A program made the position numbers and the translations under genes. The notes below the pieces were generated by a model that did not search any database, was not told the origin of the DNA, and worked only from the letters and a program-made list of their open reading frames with translations. This document shows, piece after piece, positions 24,555 to 37,200 of a stretch of DNA of 64,000 bases; the stretch's first letter is position 1; each line of letters begins with the position of its first letter. Source of the stretch: Lama glama (taxonomy: Eukaryota); assembly GCA_028534125.1 (NCBI GenBank), contig CM052817.1:59584001-59648000 (forward strand). Direction: 5' to 3'.

Positions 24555-24950
24555 CTAATTTCCAAGATTCCCTTGCAGCTAGAATTCCCATGTTACCTTT
24601 GTTCTCTTGATTCAAATGCATCTGCTGAGGCCTGGAGAAGGAAGTAAGCCTCTGTAAGTGGTGGTCATCTAGGAGAAGTCAGACCTTCTGCCAACTACAG
24701 GGTTCTTTGGCAATGTCTGCAAGGAAGTACCTAGTGTCAGACGTGCTAAACAGCAGTTAGAAGGAGCAGTTCCATGTATTGTGGGTGTTTTTGGTTTTGC
24801 TTTTGTTTTTCTGGATGTATTATGACTTGCTGCTTTGTTCTTGGCTCTGAGGCAATCAACACAGGTCTCTGGTTCTCCTAGAGATTTTGTGAACTTTCTA
24901 TATTCTGATTTTTAAAAATTCTGTTACTTCTAGCAAATTACTGTGATTGA
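24555..24950 (+). mobile_element. ERVL-type LTR remnant (LTR33/LTR16-like)
   Basis: tttccaagattcccttgcagctagaattcccatgttacc resembles the conserved tttcccag..tcccttgcagctagg..gccatgtgac block. Confidence 0.5.
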
Positions 24951-25102
24951 TAGAATGTATTAGTAACTTTTCCTTCTTTTTATTCAGCATAGTATCTGGG
25001 TATAACAATTCAGTAAACCAGGCCTTTACTTCCTAGCTGACTGACCAAAATGTCCCGTGAATAATGCAGGCAGAAAAGTTAGAAAATTATTATTTTCTAG
25101 TT

Positions 25103-25335
25103 CAGTGTTTCTCAGTCTTGGCACTAATGTCATAATGATATTTTAAGACAAATAACTCTTTGTTATGGCTAACTATCCTGTATATTGGGGGTTGTTTAGA
25201 AGCATCCTTAGCCTCTGCCCACTAGATAACAGTTGCATCTCCTCCCAGTTGCAGCAACCCAAAATGAAATATCTCCAGACATTTGCAAGTGTCCTTTGGG
25301 AGGCAAAATCACATCACCCCAGCTGAAAACTGCTG
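25103..25335 (-). mobile_element. MER20 (hAT-Charlie) DNA transposon
   Basis: cagtgtttctcagtcttggcact...agcatccttagcctctgcccactagat...tctccagacatttgcaagtgtcctttgggaggcaaaatc...ctgaaaactgctg is reverse MER20. Confidence 0.9.
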
Positions 25336-25349
25336 TGGAATAATTACAG

Positions 25350-25545
25350 CTAAAGCACTTCACATGTAATAAGCATTTCGTTTTCAAAACAACTATATGA
25401 AAAAGATATTACTACTTTCTACATTTTACAGATAAGAATCCATGCATAGGGAGTTCACCTCACTTGCACAAGCCACATGAATAAAAATAAGCTGATGGAG
25501 GAATATAGCTGATCTAGAGTAAATTATCTGATTTGCTGCACTCTA
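25350..25545 (-). mobile_element. MIR SINE
   Basis: aaagcacttcacatg...acaactatatga...cattttacagataagaa...cacttgcacaagccaca. Confidence 0.7.
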
Positions 25546-25739
25546 CCCGCCTTAGCTCCGTAATGTCATATCAGCACTCACCATTCTCATTAAGCCCTAA
25601 GGCCCTTGGTGATCTTGAGATGAAGGGTCACTACTCTAATTCTGATTTAAAATTTAAAAAAGCATTTAAGATATTGTATCTGCATGCCATAGAATTTGAT
25701 ATGCCTAAACAGTAAGGTCCTATCTTACTTTGCAGTGCA

Positions 25740-26318
25740 TCCTGAATTTTGCCTCTAGTTGTTTGCCTAAAATATAATTCTTATCTAGCAACTCTCTCAA
25801 AATCTCCTAGTTCTTTCACCTACAAAGTCTTCATTCTTTACTATTATATATATGGATCTTTACAATAACCTATACTTCCAGATTCATAGTGTACTGCTCA
25901 TGTCTCTGGAGCGTAAGTTAAGCACCAGCCACACACGACTCCCCACTTTTTCCAATAATACCCCAAGCTATACCAATATTTAAGTAATTCTCCTGTTTAG
26001 AACAGCCTCTTTTGTCATTGTGCCTGGAGATATATTCATCCTACAGGTTTTACCCTAATGCTGCCTGCTTGTTAAGATTTGCACTTCTTTACTGCTTAGC
26101 TGCAAATTTAACCCCCTGGGTTCCCATGGTATTTTTATAAATCTTTGTTGGAGCATTTGTTATATTGAACTGTAAATATTGGACTTTGCATGTTTGTTTC
26201 CACCTGGAGATTATGAGCTAAATAAAGACCCTCATGTACCTAACTCTGCAGGTCCTCAGCACTGGGTTGTGAGCCTAGCTCCTAGCCGTTACTCAGAAAA
26301 ATTGAGTCAATAAATAAA
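25740..26318 (+). mobile_element. L2 3' region
   Basis: tgcctggagatatattc...tgtttgtttccacctggagattatgagct...cagcactggg...tactcagaaaaattgagtcaataaataaa. Confidence 0.6.
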
Positions 26319-26804
26319 GTCCCCAGCAACTTATGATAATCATCACAGACTAAGCAGAAATGGTCACCATAACTGTAGCTACTAAAATGTTTTTAAAGTG
26401 TTTGTGATCCTATCACAATCTGTCCCTTTTCCATTCCTACCTGTTTGCCTCTGAGCACTACAAAAAGTTCAGAATTCCCTGTTTGCTCCTAGTCTAGTGA
26501 TAAAGTTTCACTCTGGATCTCAGTTAGGTTGATAATTTAATGGATAAGTATTAAGCTTTATCAATTTAATAACTCTAAATAATTTAAAGCTCTATAGATT
26601 TTCAAATGTATTTATCAATATTTTCTACCTAGATCTGCTAGACAATATCCCCGCTACTCAAATTATTTGGATCATGTGTATGTGATCATTTATTTGAAGT
26701 CCAGTGTGTTTATATAAATTGAAGCTCTTTTTAAATGAAATATAAAAAACTTTAGCTTGCTACCATGTAATTAAAACAAACAGAACTGATGATACATTGG
26801 GGAG

Positions 26805-27022
26805 AAATAAGTCTTGGACTAGAAATCCAAAGACCAATGCCTAGTGCTGATTTTCTCAGAAACTATTTGTGAGAGACATCTTGAGAAGGTCACCAAGTTT
26901 ATCTGACACTTATGTTCTTACCTAAAAATTAGAAATAATAATTCTGGTCACTTAACACAGCGGTTAAGAGAATAAACACGAGTGTGCTTAAAATGCAAAT
27001 AGCTACACTAGCATGAGGTATT
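26805..27022 (+). mobile_element. MIR SINE (MIRb/MIR3-like)
   Basis: ttggactagaaatccaaagacc...catcttgagaaggtcacc...tctgacacttatgttcttacctaaaaattagaaaataataat...gttaagagaataaa. Confidence 0.6.
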
Positions 27023-28634
27023 TTCATTAAAAGTATGTCTTTCAAAAAAACATAACCTCTTACACTTATGTCAATGTTTATGATTTGTTTCTTTGGGTGC
27101 TGATTGCTGAAACAAGGGCTGATATGTGATAAACTGTATATTATCAGTTATGTCACCTTAAAATGGTGACGTTAAAGTTTAAAGAAACCACCAAATACAT
27201 TACTCAAGGGAGGAGTGGCTAATTAGTTAAGCTAAAGAAAGATTTTCTTTCAACTTTGGTTTTAGAAGTGCATTTCAGTGATCATTTTCATTTCAAAGTA
27301 ACTGGCTTTCCTTTGTAGGGGTATTTTAGTGATTACAAAGTTTAAAACAGAATCCAGTTGTATTCAAATACTTGCTCTAGCTTTCTTTTCCCATCCAACC
27401 ATAACAAAGAGCTTCATTATGCTTTGTTTTTATTTTTGGTCGATTATCTAATAAGCCAAAAATGAAGAGAAGTGATTGATATCATCTCAGCATCTATAAC
27501 CAGGAGAAGCTGCTTTTTAGAAAACTGGGCTGCTTCCTGCGAGAATGGTGAACTATTACCTTGGAGCCTTCCCAAGGCCAGAGTTAGATTTTAGCAGTCA
27601 TGCATTGTTCATTCATTCATTCATTCACTAATTCACGTATATTTATTGTGAATATACTAAGTACTGTATACTACTAGTCCTTCATGTCCAGTATTAAAAG
27701 AATTTATTATCAATATTTTTTACATTTCACAAAATCAGTAGTGTGTTTAATTTTCCAGGTGAGCCTGCATTAAGCTCTTTTCCCATAAACTCTGGGTTAC
27801 TGAAGATAAATGTAACCTTAAAAGATTTAAAGATTTTCATAAAAATTTCTTACATTTGTCATTGATTAATAAAACTATGTTTGCTTCATGGGAATAACTA
27901 CTTTATTCAAATAGTTCAAATGAACTTTTTAAAGATACTGAGATCATTCACTCTTTTCTCAAATTTCTTTTAAAAAAAGATGTTACAGATTTGCACGCTC
28001 ATGATTAAGGATACATTTCTCTTGCAGATGCCCGGTAGGCACAGAGGGATTTAAAACATGCTCTGGGGAAAAGGGTCCTTTCAGCCCAATATAGAAGCAA
28101 GTTAGTAGGTGGCCCAGGCTTCATGTCACTCCCACTTACTAAGCCATATGTTGCTGTGGGCAAACCCAGTGGCTCCAAAGATTGTATGTACAAAAATGCC
28201 AGGCATATGCCAGTTATCATTTCTGAAATATTATCTCTGCAATATTTTTATAGGCTTCTGTCTGTCTAATCATTCAAGAAAGAAGATATTTGTTCATTTT
28301 CTAGGTGCTTATCTGACTCTGTATCTTTTTAAAAGCTGTTTTTATAAATATTTAGAGTGATCAAGTATAACAGTTCATAACTTATTACAAAGGATTCCTT
28401 CTTACATGATGATTTTCAAAAGGTTCTATTTAATTTTTTAACCAAAATAGTAAGTCTTAAGTGTACAGCTTTATAAACTTTTACAAAGTGAACACAGGAA
28501 AGTTATGGTAATATCTATCACCATAGATTGGATTTATCTGGATCTGATCCTTTACCAATGGAATCATACAGTACATATTTTATTATGTCTTATTTATTTG
28601 CTCAACATTATGATTGTGGAATTGACCCATATTA

Positions 28635-28743
28635 TTTTTTTAAATAATTAATTAATTACGTTTTAGACATGGTCTTGGGGATTGAACCCAGGACCTTGCG
28701 CATGCTAAGCATGTGCTCTACCACTTGAGCTATATCCTCTCGC
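28635..28743 (-). mobile_element. tRNA-Ala-derived SINE (camelid Vic-1 type), short-tail form
   Basis: ggggattgaacccaggaccttgcgcatgctaagcatgtgctctaccacttgagctata is a reverse tRNA-Ala(AGC)-like head with A/B boxes. TSD tgacccatatta (28623-28634) / tgatccatatta (28744-28755). Confidence 0.9.
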
Positions 28744-29282
28744 TGATCCATATTACTGAAAGTAGTAGTGGTTCATTCATTTCCTCTGCTCTGTATAACA
28801 TCAATTCAACAATTATTTTCATCCATTTGATTTGTTTTCAGATGTTGGCTATGATAAACAATGCTGCTATAAACATCTTTGTAGTCACGTTTTAGTGCAC
28901 ATATGTACTTACACCTGTAGGGTAATGTACTTAAGTGTAGAATTGTTAGCTCATATGTTCATATGTTCAGCTTTAGGAGATACTGACAATTTTGCAAAGT
29001 GATTACAAAATCTCCCACTAGCAGTCTATAGGACTTCCAGCTGTTCCAGAGACCTCCACTTGCTCCATTTGCTACTGTGTATAAATAAGCCATTCTAGTG
29101 TCAGTATAGTTATATCACCTGTGGTTTAATTTGCATTTACTGAATGAATAATGAGGGTAAAAATATTTTTATGTCTTCTTGGATTTAAAAATCTTTTGAG
29201 GATTGCTTATTCAAATATTTCCCTATGTTTTCCATTGATTTGTATCTTTCGTTTTTTATTTCTTTGTATGAGCTTGATGTAT

Positions 29283-29473
29283 CAGTGGTGACTGTATCCC
29301 CCCAGAGACATTCAGCAATGTCTAGAGAGATTTTCCTTTGTCACTACTTGGGATGCTGGGATCATCCAAAGGGCAGAGGCCAAGGATGCTGCTAAACATC
29401 CTATAACAAACAGGATAGCCTACCACTACAAAGAATATCTGGTCCAAAATGTCAATAGCACCCAGGAACCCTG
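29283..29473 (+). mobile_element. MER20 (hAT-Charlie), nested in L1
   Basis: cagtgg...ccccccagagacattcagcaatgtctagagag...gcagaggccaaggatgctgctaaacatcctata...caaagaatatctggtccaaaatgtcaatag...aaccctg. Confidence 0.92.
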
Positions 29474-29702
29474 AAATATATATGTGTAAAATTAAAATAT
29501 AATATATACTATATTACATTTTTTAAATAAATACTATCTTCCTCTTTAGACCTTACTTTTTACTTTTAATAGTATGTGATGAATAGAAGTTCTTAAATTA
29601 AAGGTTTTATTTTTATTTACAGTTAATATTGTTTGTAACTATTGAAAAGATCTTTGCCTACTCAAAGATCATGAAGATATTGTTCTTTGATATCTTCTAG
29701 AG

Positions 29703-29965
29703 CTGCTTTGTCCAGTACAGTAACAACTAGCCATATGTGGGTGTGGAGAAATTGAAATATGCTTAGTCAAAATTAAATATGCTATAAATGTAAATATACA
29801 CCAGATTTTGAAGAATTTGTTTGAAAACAAGACTGTAATAATCTCTTTATGCTTTTTACATTGACTATACATTGAAATGATAATATTGTGGATAGATGGC
29901 ATTAAAAATATATGATACAATCAATTACATAAATGGCTTACATTATACTTCTATTAAATAGTGCT
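29703..29965 (-). mobile_element. MER33-like (hAT-Charlie) with 8-bp TSD, nested in L1
   Basis: ctgctttgtccagtacagtaacaactagccatatgtgg...atacaccagattttgaaga...cattatacttctattaaatagtgct. Flanks ttctagag (29695-29702) / ttctagaa (29966-29973) fit the NTCTAGAN Charlie target. Confidence 0.85.
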
Positions 29966-30751
29966 TTCTAGAAGGTATATTGTTTCACATTTCACATTTT
30001 GATAAACAATCTACTCACAACTAATTTTTTAAATTGTATGAAGCAGAAGTCAAAATACATTTTACATCATCCAAATGACCCAGCACCATGTATTAAAAGG
30101 AACATCCTTTCCTTACAGCACATCCCTGCCTCCATGGTCATTATTGAGCTCTTTATTTTGTTCTGATAACATATTTGTTATTCACTTACCAAGAGCACAC
30201 TGTCTTGATTACTTTCCGTTGATATGTGATGGTAAAATTCCCTCAACTCTATTCTGGATGGGTTGAATTTCCATGTAAATTTTAAAATCAACTTTTCAAA
30301 TTTCAAAAAAAAATGTATGCTAAGGTTCTCACTGAGAATAAGTTTAACCTATAAATTATATGCAAAGAATCAACATATTAACCACACTAAATCTTCTACA
30401 AGAAACGTAGGCATACCCCTCTCTCAATTTATTTGGTTCATTAATTTCTCTCATCAATGTGTTCTGTGTAAAGGGCTTGTAAATCTATTCTTAAACTTAG
30501 TCCTAGGATATTGATGATTTATGATACTAATAAAATTTTTAAATTAATTTTCTAATTGTTACTGATACACTATTAATCATTGTATATTGACCTTTTATTG
30601 GATGACCTTGATAAATTAAGTTATTAACTCCAGAAGTTTTCGTCTGTAGATTTATTCTTTGGGATTTTCTAAATGCATAAACATATTTTCTGCAAATAAT
30701 GGCAAATATTTTTTTGTTTTCTAAACATGTATCTCTTATTACAGTTTCTTC

Positions 30752-30876
30752 TTTTTCCAGTTTTATTGAGAAATAATTGACATACATTACTGTTTAAGTT
30801 TAAGGCATACAGTATGATGGTTTGATTTACATATATTATGAAATGATTACCCCAATAGGTTCAGCTAACATCCATC

Positions 30877-30932
<56 letters not shown>

Positions 30933-31750
30933 AAAAAAGAAAGTAAAAAAGAAAAAAATTTTCTTCTTCTGATGAGAACTCTAGGATTAACTCTCTTAAA
31001 TGACTTTTTTATGCATCATACAGCAGTGATACTCATCATGTTGTACATTACATACATAGTACATTACTTGTTGATCCTGTAACTGTTGTCCATCTTCCTC
31101 CAAGTCCTCTTCCCACCACCCTCTGTCTCTGGTAACCATAAGTTTGATCTCTTTTTCTATGAGATTGTGGGTTTGGGTTTTTTTAAAGTACACAAATAAG
31201 TGAGATCATACAGTATTTCTCTGTCTGACTTAATTCAAGTTCCACCCATGTTGTCCTGAATGGTAGGATTTCCTCAATTTATGGCTGAGTAATATTCCAT
31301 TACATATATATATCACAAAATCTTTACCCAATAATCCATCAATGGACACTTAAGTTGTTTCCATGTCTTGACTATTATAAATAATGCTGCTATGAGCATG
31401 AGAGTACAGATATCTTCTCAAGTTAGTATTTTCGTTTCCTTTGGATTTACTCCCAGAAGTAAAATTGCTGTATCATATTGTAGCTCTGTTTTTAATTTTT
31501 TGAGTTTCCTCCATACTGTTTTCCATAGTGACTGTGCCAATTTACATCCCACCAGCAGTGCATAAAAGTTCCCTTTTCTCCACATCCTGGCCAGCATTTG
31601 TTATCTCTTGTCTTTTTGATTATGGTCATTCTAACATCTGTAAAGGGATATCTCGTAGCGGTCTAACTTGCAATTCCCTAATGACTAGTGATGTTGAGCA
31701 CTTTTTCATGCACCTGTTGGCCTTTTGTCTATCTTCTTTAGAGCAATATC
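30752..31750 (-). mobile_element. Younger L1 3' end (L1MA9-like) nested in the older L1
   Basis: ttttattgagaaataattgacatac...tttaaggcatacagtatgatggtttgattt...tgaaatgattacc; ataagtgagatcatacagtattt; catcaatggacacttaagttgtttccatgtcttgactatt. Confidence 0.88.
30880..30930. repeat. Compound (AT)n(AC)n microsatellite
   Basis: atatatat...atatacacacacac...aca. Confidence 0.95.
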
Positions 31751-34394
31751 TTCTTGACGTATTGCTCACAGTGGGAAAATCAGTATAATTTTGAAGAGGA
31801 GTGGAAGCAGTTATCTTTGCCTCATTTTCACCTCAGTGTATGGCCTTTCACTGTTTTCATAAGTTCCTATGATGTTGTTGACATTGTTTCTGTGTTTCTG
31901 TGTTTCATTGTGTGTTAGATAACTTTTATCAAATTAAAGAAGTTTCCTACTATTCATAGTTTGCTAAGAATTTTTATCAACAAGGGAGCTGAATTTGATC
32001 AAAAGCTCTATCTGTATCTGTTGAAGTGAATAGCAATTCTGTTAATATGATAAAATAAATTGATTTTTAAATGTTTATATATCTTTGGGTTCCTTGTATA
32101 AAATCTAATCAGTGATGATATGTCTCTAGTTAAAAATTTGTTACTTTTTAAAGGTATTCTGATATCTAATATTTATGAGGAAGATAATTGGCTTGTATTT
32201 TCTCTTCCTTCAAAATCCTCATTAGGTTTTGTTAGCAAAGTTATACCAGCCTCATTTAACAATTTGGACCTTGGGTTTTTTTTTTAATTCTCTGGAAGTT
32301 TAGTTAGGATTAGGATTATTTCTTCTTTAGAGATATATAACAATTCTTTGCTGAAGAAATTTGACCCAGAGTTTTTGTTGTGTGAAGATTTTAATTCAAG
32401 GTTTGATTTCATTAATAGATAAGGAATTACAAAAAATTTCTACTTTTCCTTATCACGTTTTTGGTATCTTGTGTTTTCCTGGGAATTTGTTCATTTTACC
32501 TCAATTTCAAGTTTAATTTCATCAAGTTCTTTATGGTATCTTATAATTATCCTTTTATTATATTACAATCAGTGGGATTTTTTTCTTTTCGTTCTTGATA
32601 TTGGTAAAATGTTTTTCTCCCCACCAACACACACCCCAGTCTTGTGAAGGGTGGTCTGTAAATTTAATGCATCTCCTTAAAAAAATCAGTTTATGGCATT
32701 ATTCAATTTCTCAATTGTAAGTTTGTTTTGTGTTGATTTCTGATCTTATCTTTATTATTTCCTTCCTTCTACTTTCTTTAGGTTTACATTACTGTTCTGA
32801 TTTTAGTTGATCATTGATTTTTAGCCTTTCTCCTTTTCAAACATAAAATAATTTACGTACATACATGCATACATACCTGGACTTTATATATTTTTTCCTT
32901 CTGCTCTGCAGAAATATGTCTATATATTTTCTACTGATTTATAATCCAGATCACATATCCTTTCTACACCTCTGTTTAATCTGCACTGAAAATCATTTAT
33001 CACATTATTTTTCAGCTATAAATAGTTGCTTATTTTAATAGATTTAAATTCTCTGGTGAAGACTAAATGTTTTCCATTGCTAGTGGCTAGACATCTGTTT
33101 TTCCATTTGCCTTCAAATAATATTATTCTGCTTCATGTATAATGTACAGACCTTATAACATTTAATTTGATTTCTCTCTCCTGATCTTTATGCTTTGTTG
33201 TTATACATTTCACTTACATCAATATTACTTTTACTCAAGCATCTATATTTTAAGGATATTAACAACTAAGATTTAAATATATTTCATATTTATACACACA
33301 CTTACCATTTCATTCCTTGTGTAAATTCAATTTTCCTTCTGGTCTCATTTTCCTTCATCCTAAGGAACTTCTTTTAATATTTCCTGTAGTAAAGGTCTGC
33401 TTGCAACAAATTCTATCAAATTTTGTTTGTCTGAAAAAAATATGGATATAGAATTGTAAAGGTTACTTTTGTTTTGTTTTTTGCCTTCAACCCACTTCAA
33501 ATGTCTTTCCACTGTACCTTTCTTCAGTTTTTCTGGTAAGAAGCCTGTGATATTTCTTATTGTTCTTTTCTCTGTACACCTAAATTTGTTTCCCTTCTCT
33601 TAGGGAAACATTCTGTGCTGCCTTTGCCCAATATTTAAAGCAACTCCTCCACATCCTTAATCCTGTTTTCTAGTTGTTTAACAATGGGAAGGTAAAATTG
33701 GTCCTAGTGATAGCCCCATGGTATAAAACAGAAATCTTGTCTGGTTGCTTTTAATTGAATCACAGCAACTGTGCATGAAAAGATGTGAAGTTCTTTGATG
33801 TGATATTCCCCAGAACATTTTTGTTGGTTTGTTTGGTTGGTTCTGGTAGATAGTTGGAGGAAGAACTTAGAACCTTAATCCAATCAGGAACTGAACTGAT
33901 TCACAGGTGATTTTGAGTCTCTATGGGGGCCTCCAAATCCCCAATTATCCCCTACTTTTAACATTTGAACTTCAGTTTCCTGAATAAATTCATGGGCTGT
34001 TTAGTTAGACCATTTATAGTCAGGTTTCAAACACCCATTTTTCTCTTCACAGTACCATGAGACCCCAACAACTCTACTTAGCTATTCAGAATTTTATCAA
34101 CAGCTTTCTGTTTGCCTTTCCTACCTCCCAGCCAGTTCCACCCAGCAGGGCAAAACACTTAAAGGGGGGAAAAAAGAAATATTTTTATGTATATATATAT
34201 ATATATATTCTCTATGTTGGGCTTACTGTGTGCTACTCTTCGGGATATTAGTCCTAACTGAATTTTCCAATTTTTATCTTTTCAGTCCAGTGAGACTACA
34301 AAAAGATCTTTAGCTTCTCTGTTTCTTAGTATCTACTCTTTGCTTGGCTTCTTTCCTCTCTACACATGTCACTTATGAATTGAAATTTGCCCTT

Positions 34395-36195
34395 GAATAT
34401 TAACCCCTTGTCAGATACATGTTTTGCAAATAGTTTCTCATTCTGTGAGTTGCCTTTTCAATTTATTGAATGTTTACTTTGCTATGCAAAGCTCTCCAGG
34501 TTGATACAGCCCCACCTGTTTATTTTAGCTTTTGTTGCCTGTGTTTTTTGGTATCTTATCCAAGAAATCTTTGCCATGACCAATGTCAAGGATCTTTTTC
34601 TCCATGTTTTCTCCTAAGAGTTTTGCTGTTTCAGTTTTTACATTTAAGATTTTGATCCATTCCAAGTTAATCCTTTGTGAGATGAACAAGATAGTGTAAG
34701 ATCCAGTTTCATTCTTTTTCTTGTGGATATCCAGTTTTCCCAACACCACTTACTGAAGAAACCATCCTTTCCCCATGGTGTGCTTTGGCACACTTGTCAA
34801 AAACTAATTGATCATAACTCAATTAAAAAATTTAATTGACTGCACATGCATGCATTTATGTCTGGACTCTCTTTTCTTATTCACCAGTCTTTATGCCTGT
34901 TTTTATGTCAGTGCAATACTATTTGATTACTATAGCTTTGCTATATTGCTTAAAATCAAAATATATAAAAACTTATACAACTCAATAGCAAAAAAGCAAA
35001 TCATCCAATTTAAAAGTGAATAGTACCAGAATAGATATTTTTCAAAGAAGACATTCAAATGGCCAATAGATATATGAAAAGGTCCTCAATATCACTAATC
35101 ACCAGAGAAATACAAATCATAACCAAAATAAGACATAATTTCACAACGTTAGGATGGCCATTATCAAAAAGACAAGAAAAAATAAACATTGACAAGGATA
35201 TGGAAAAAAGGAAACTTTTATACACTGTTGATGGGAATGTAAATTGGTACAACCATTATGGAAAATAGTATGGTAGTTCCTCAAAAAATTAGAAATAGAA
35301 CTGCCATATGATCTAGCAGTCCTAAACCTGGGTATATATCCAAAGAAGTGAAATCAATATCTGAAAAGAGATGTCTTCCTACCCATTGTCTTTTCTTTTC
35401 TTTTCTTTTTTTTTTTACTTATTACTATATTGTTTAATTTTTTTTTTTATTTTTTGGGGGAGGTAATTAGGTTCATTTATTTTTTTAAAGGAGGTGCTGG
35501 TGACTGAACCCAGGACCTCATGAATGCTAAGCATGTGCTCTACCACTTGAGCTATACCCTCACCCCTTCTTCACACCCATTTTCATTGCACCATTATTCA
35601 CATTAGCCAAGATATGGAAACAGTCTAAAAGTTCTTTGATGGATGAACTGACAAATAAAATGTGCTATACAGACATGCATACAATGGAATATTATTCAGT
35701 CACAAAAAAGGACAGTCTGCCATTTGCAACGATATGGATGAAACCGCAAGGCATTATGCTAATGAAATAAGCCGGAAAGAGAAAGATACAGTATGGTAAG
35801 ACTTATATGTGAAATCTAAAAAGAAAAGTTGATTACATAGAAAAAGAATAAAATGGTGGTTGGCAGGGTCTATGGAAGGGGAGAAATGGGCAGATGTAGT
35901 TGCAAGACTACAAACTTTTAATTATAAGAATAAGTTCTGAAGCTCTAAAGTACAGCACAGTGACTATAGCTAATAATATAGTATTTATATAGATCTAAGC
36001 ATAGATCTTAAGCATTCTTATTACACATGCAAAAAAACAGTTAACTATATGAGGTGATGGGTCTGTTAATTACCTTGATCTTGGTAATCATTCTACAACG
36101 TATATACACCAAACCATTACTTTGTGCACTTTAAATATACAGAACTAAATGTGTTAACTAATCCTCAGTAAAATTGGGGGGAATAAAGAAAAAAA
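34395..36195 (+). mobile_element. 5'-inverted L1 (antisense part ~34395-34957; sense part ~34957-36195)
   Basis: Antisense ORF2 from gaatattaaccccttgtcaga to tatagctttg...aaaatc, then sense caaaatatataaaaacttatacaactc through the ORF2 end and 3' UTR to an A-rich end at ~36183-36195. Confidence 0.9.
35391..35567 (-). mobile_element. tRNA-Ala-derived SINE (camelid Vic-1 type), long-tail form, nested in L1
   Basis: gggggaggtaattagg...gaggtgctggtgactgaacccaggacctcatgaatgctaagcatgtgctctaccacttgagctataccctcacccc. TSD tcttcctacccattgtc (35374-35390) / tcttcacacccattttc (35568-35584). Confidence 0.92.
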
Positions 36196-37089
36196 TTATC
36201 CTTGGAAGAAAAGCAGTGTAAAATGAAAAAAAAATCACTTCAACTTTTCAAGGTCTTCAAACTTTAAAAAAATATTTTACACCTCTCATTTATCTTCATT
36301 CTTAGCAGAGGGTCCATAATTTCATTCATTTATTCCAAATTCATAGTTCCATCCATTCATAATTCCAAATTTAAAGGTAGGTGGGGACTAAGAGGAAGAT
36401 GTTTTGGCAAACTGCCATTGGTCTAAATTGAGGAATGATACAAGATTTAGTCGTATGAAACATGACACTGTATTTGTAATAGGGATCCTGTAAGGATAAA
36501 AGACAAATTAACTAATAACAAGTATTTGCTTCTCACTAGAAGATGGGATTGTGCAAGGCTGCACTGTTGAATTTATGAATGACCATCCAATATATTAATG
36601 ATTAGAATATAATAAGAATTAAATATCTTCATTTATCCAGTTTAACTCTGTAGAAACCTATGTTTGTGGACTCTTCTCAAGCACTTTTTGAAATGAAGTG
36701 GAAACAAAGGAGAAATGAAAGAAGGGCAGGGTAGTAACACTGAAGAGGAAGGAAGGATATTTGGAACAAAGGGCAAGGAAAGAGAGGAAGGAGTTTTTAT
36801 GTGTGCACTGTTTTCTGTTGACACTTTTCTAAATTACATTATTTTATTGTTTTTCCTGTTTTCATTTTATACATATATACACATTTCTTTGGGCAGATAT
36901 GTAGCAGTTAAACACCTTATTTCTGTCATTAACCAGACACATTTTGGTGTAAAGTATTTTTCTTTTTTGCTTTAACTTATTTTTAAAATAATAACACCTT
37001 ACCAGCTAATTTTGATTCCATTTAATACATGATTTTGTACTTTTATCAAAAAAAATCCTCCTTGGAATCAGTGTCATCCTTTACAATGA

Positions 37090-37200
37090 ATGTTAGACTT
37101 GCTGAGAGCAGAGCCCCCTTCTTTCTTTTCTCTCTGTATCTTTAACATCTAGACAGTGGTTGGTACATGGCAGGAACTCAGTAAATATCTATTAATGCAA
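37090..37200 (+). mobile_element. L2 3' end
   Basis: ttagacttgctgagagcagag...ctctgtatc...tctagacagtggttggtacatggcaggaactcagtaaatat. Confidence 0.75.

Larger units (their letters stand above)
28430..34380 (-). mobile_element. Long ancient L1 (L1ME-like) hosting several nested insertions
   Basis: 3' end at ~28455 (cttaagtgtacagct...ttttacaaagtgaacac). Antisense ORF2 motifs run through 28560-32830 (e.g. gaagtttcctactattcatagtttgctaagaattttt) and ORF1/5' motifs at 33300-34380 (aggtctgcttgcaacaaattct). Confidence 0.8.
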
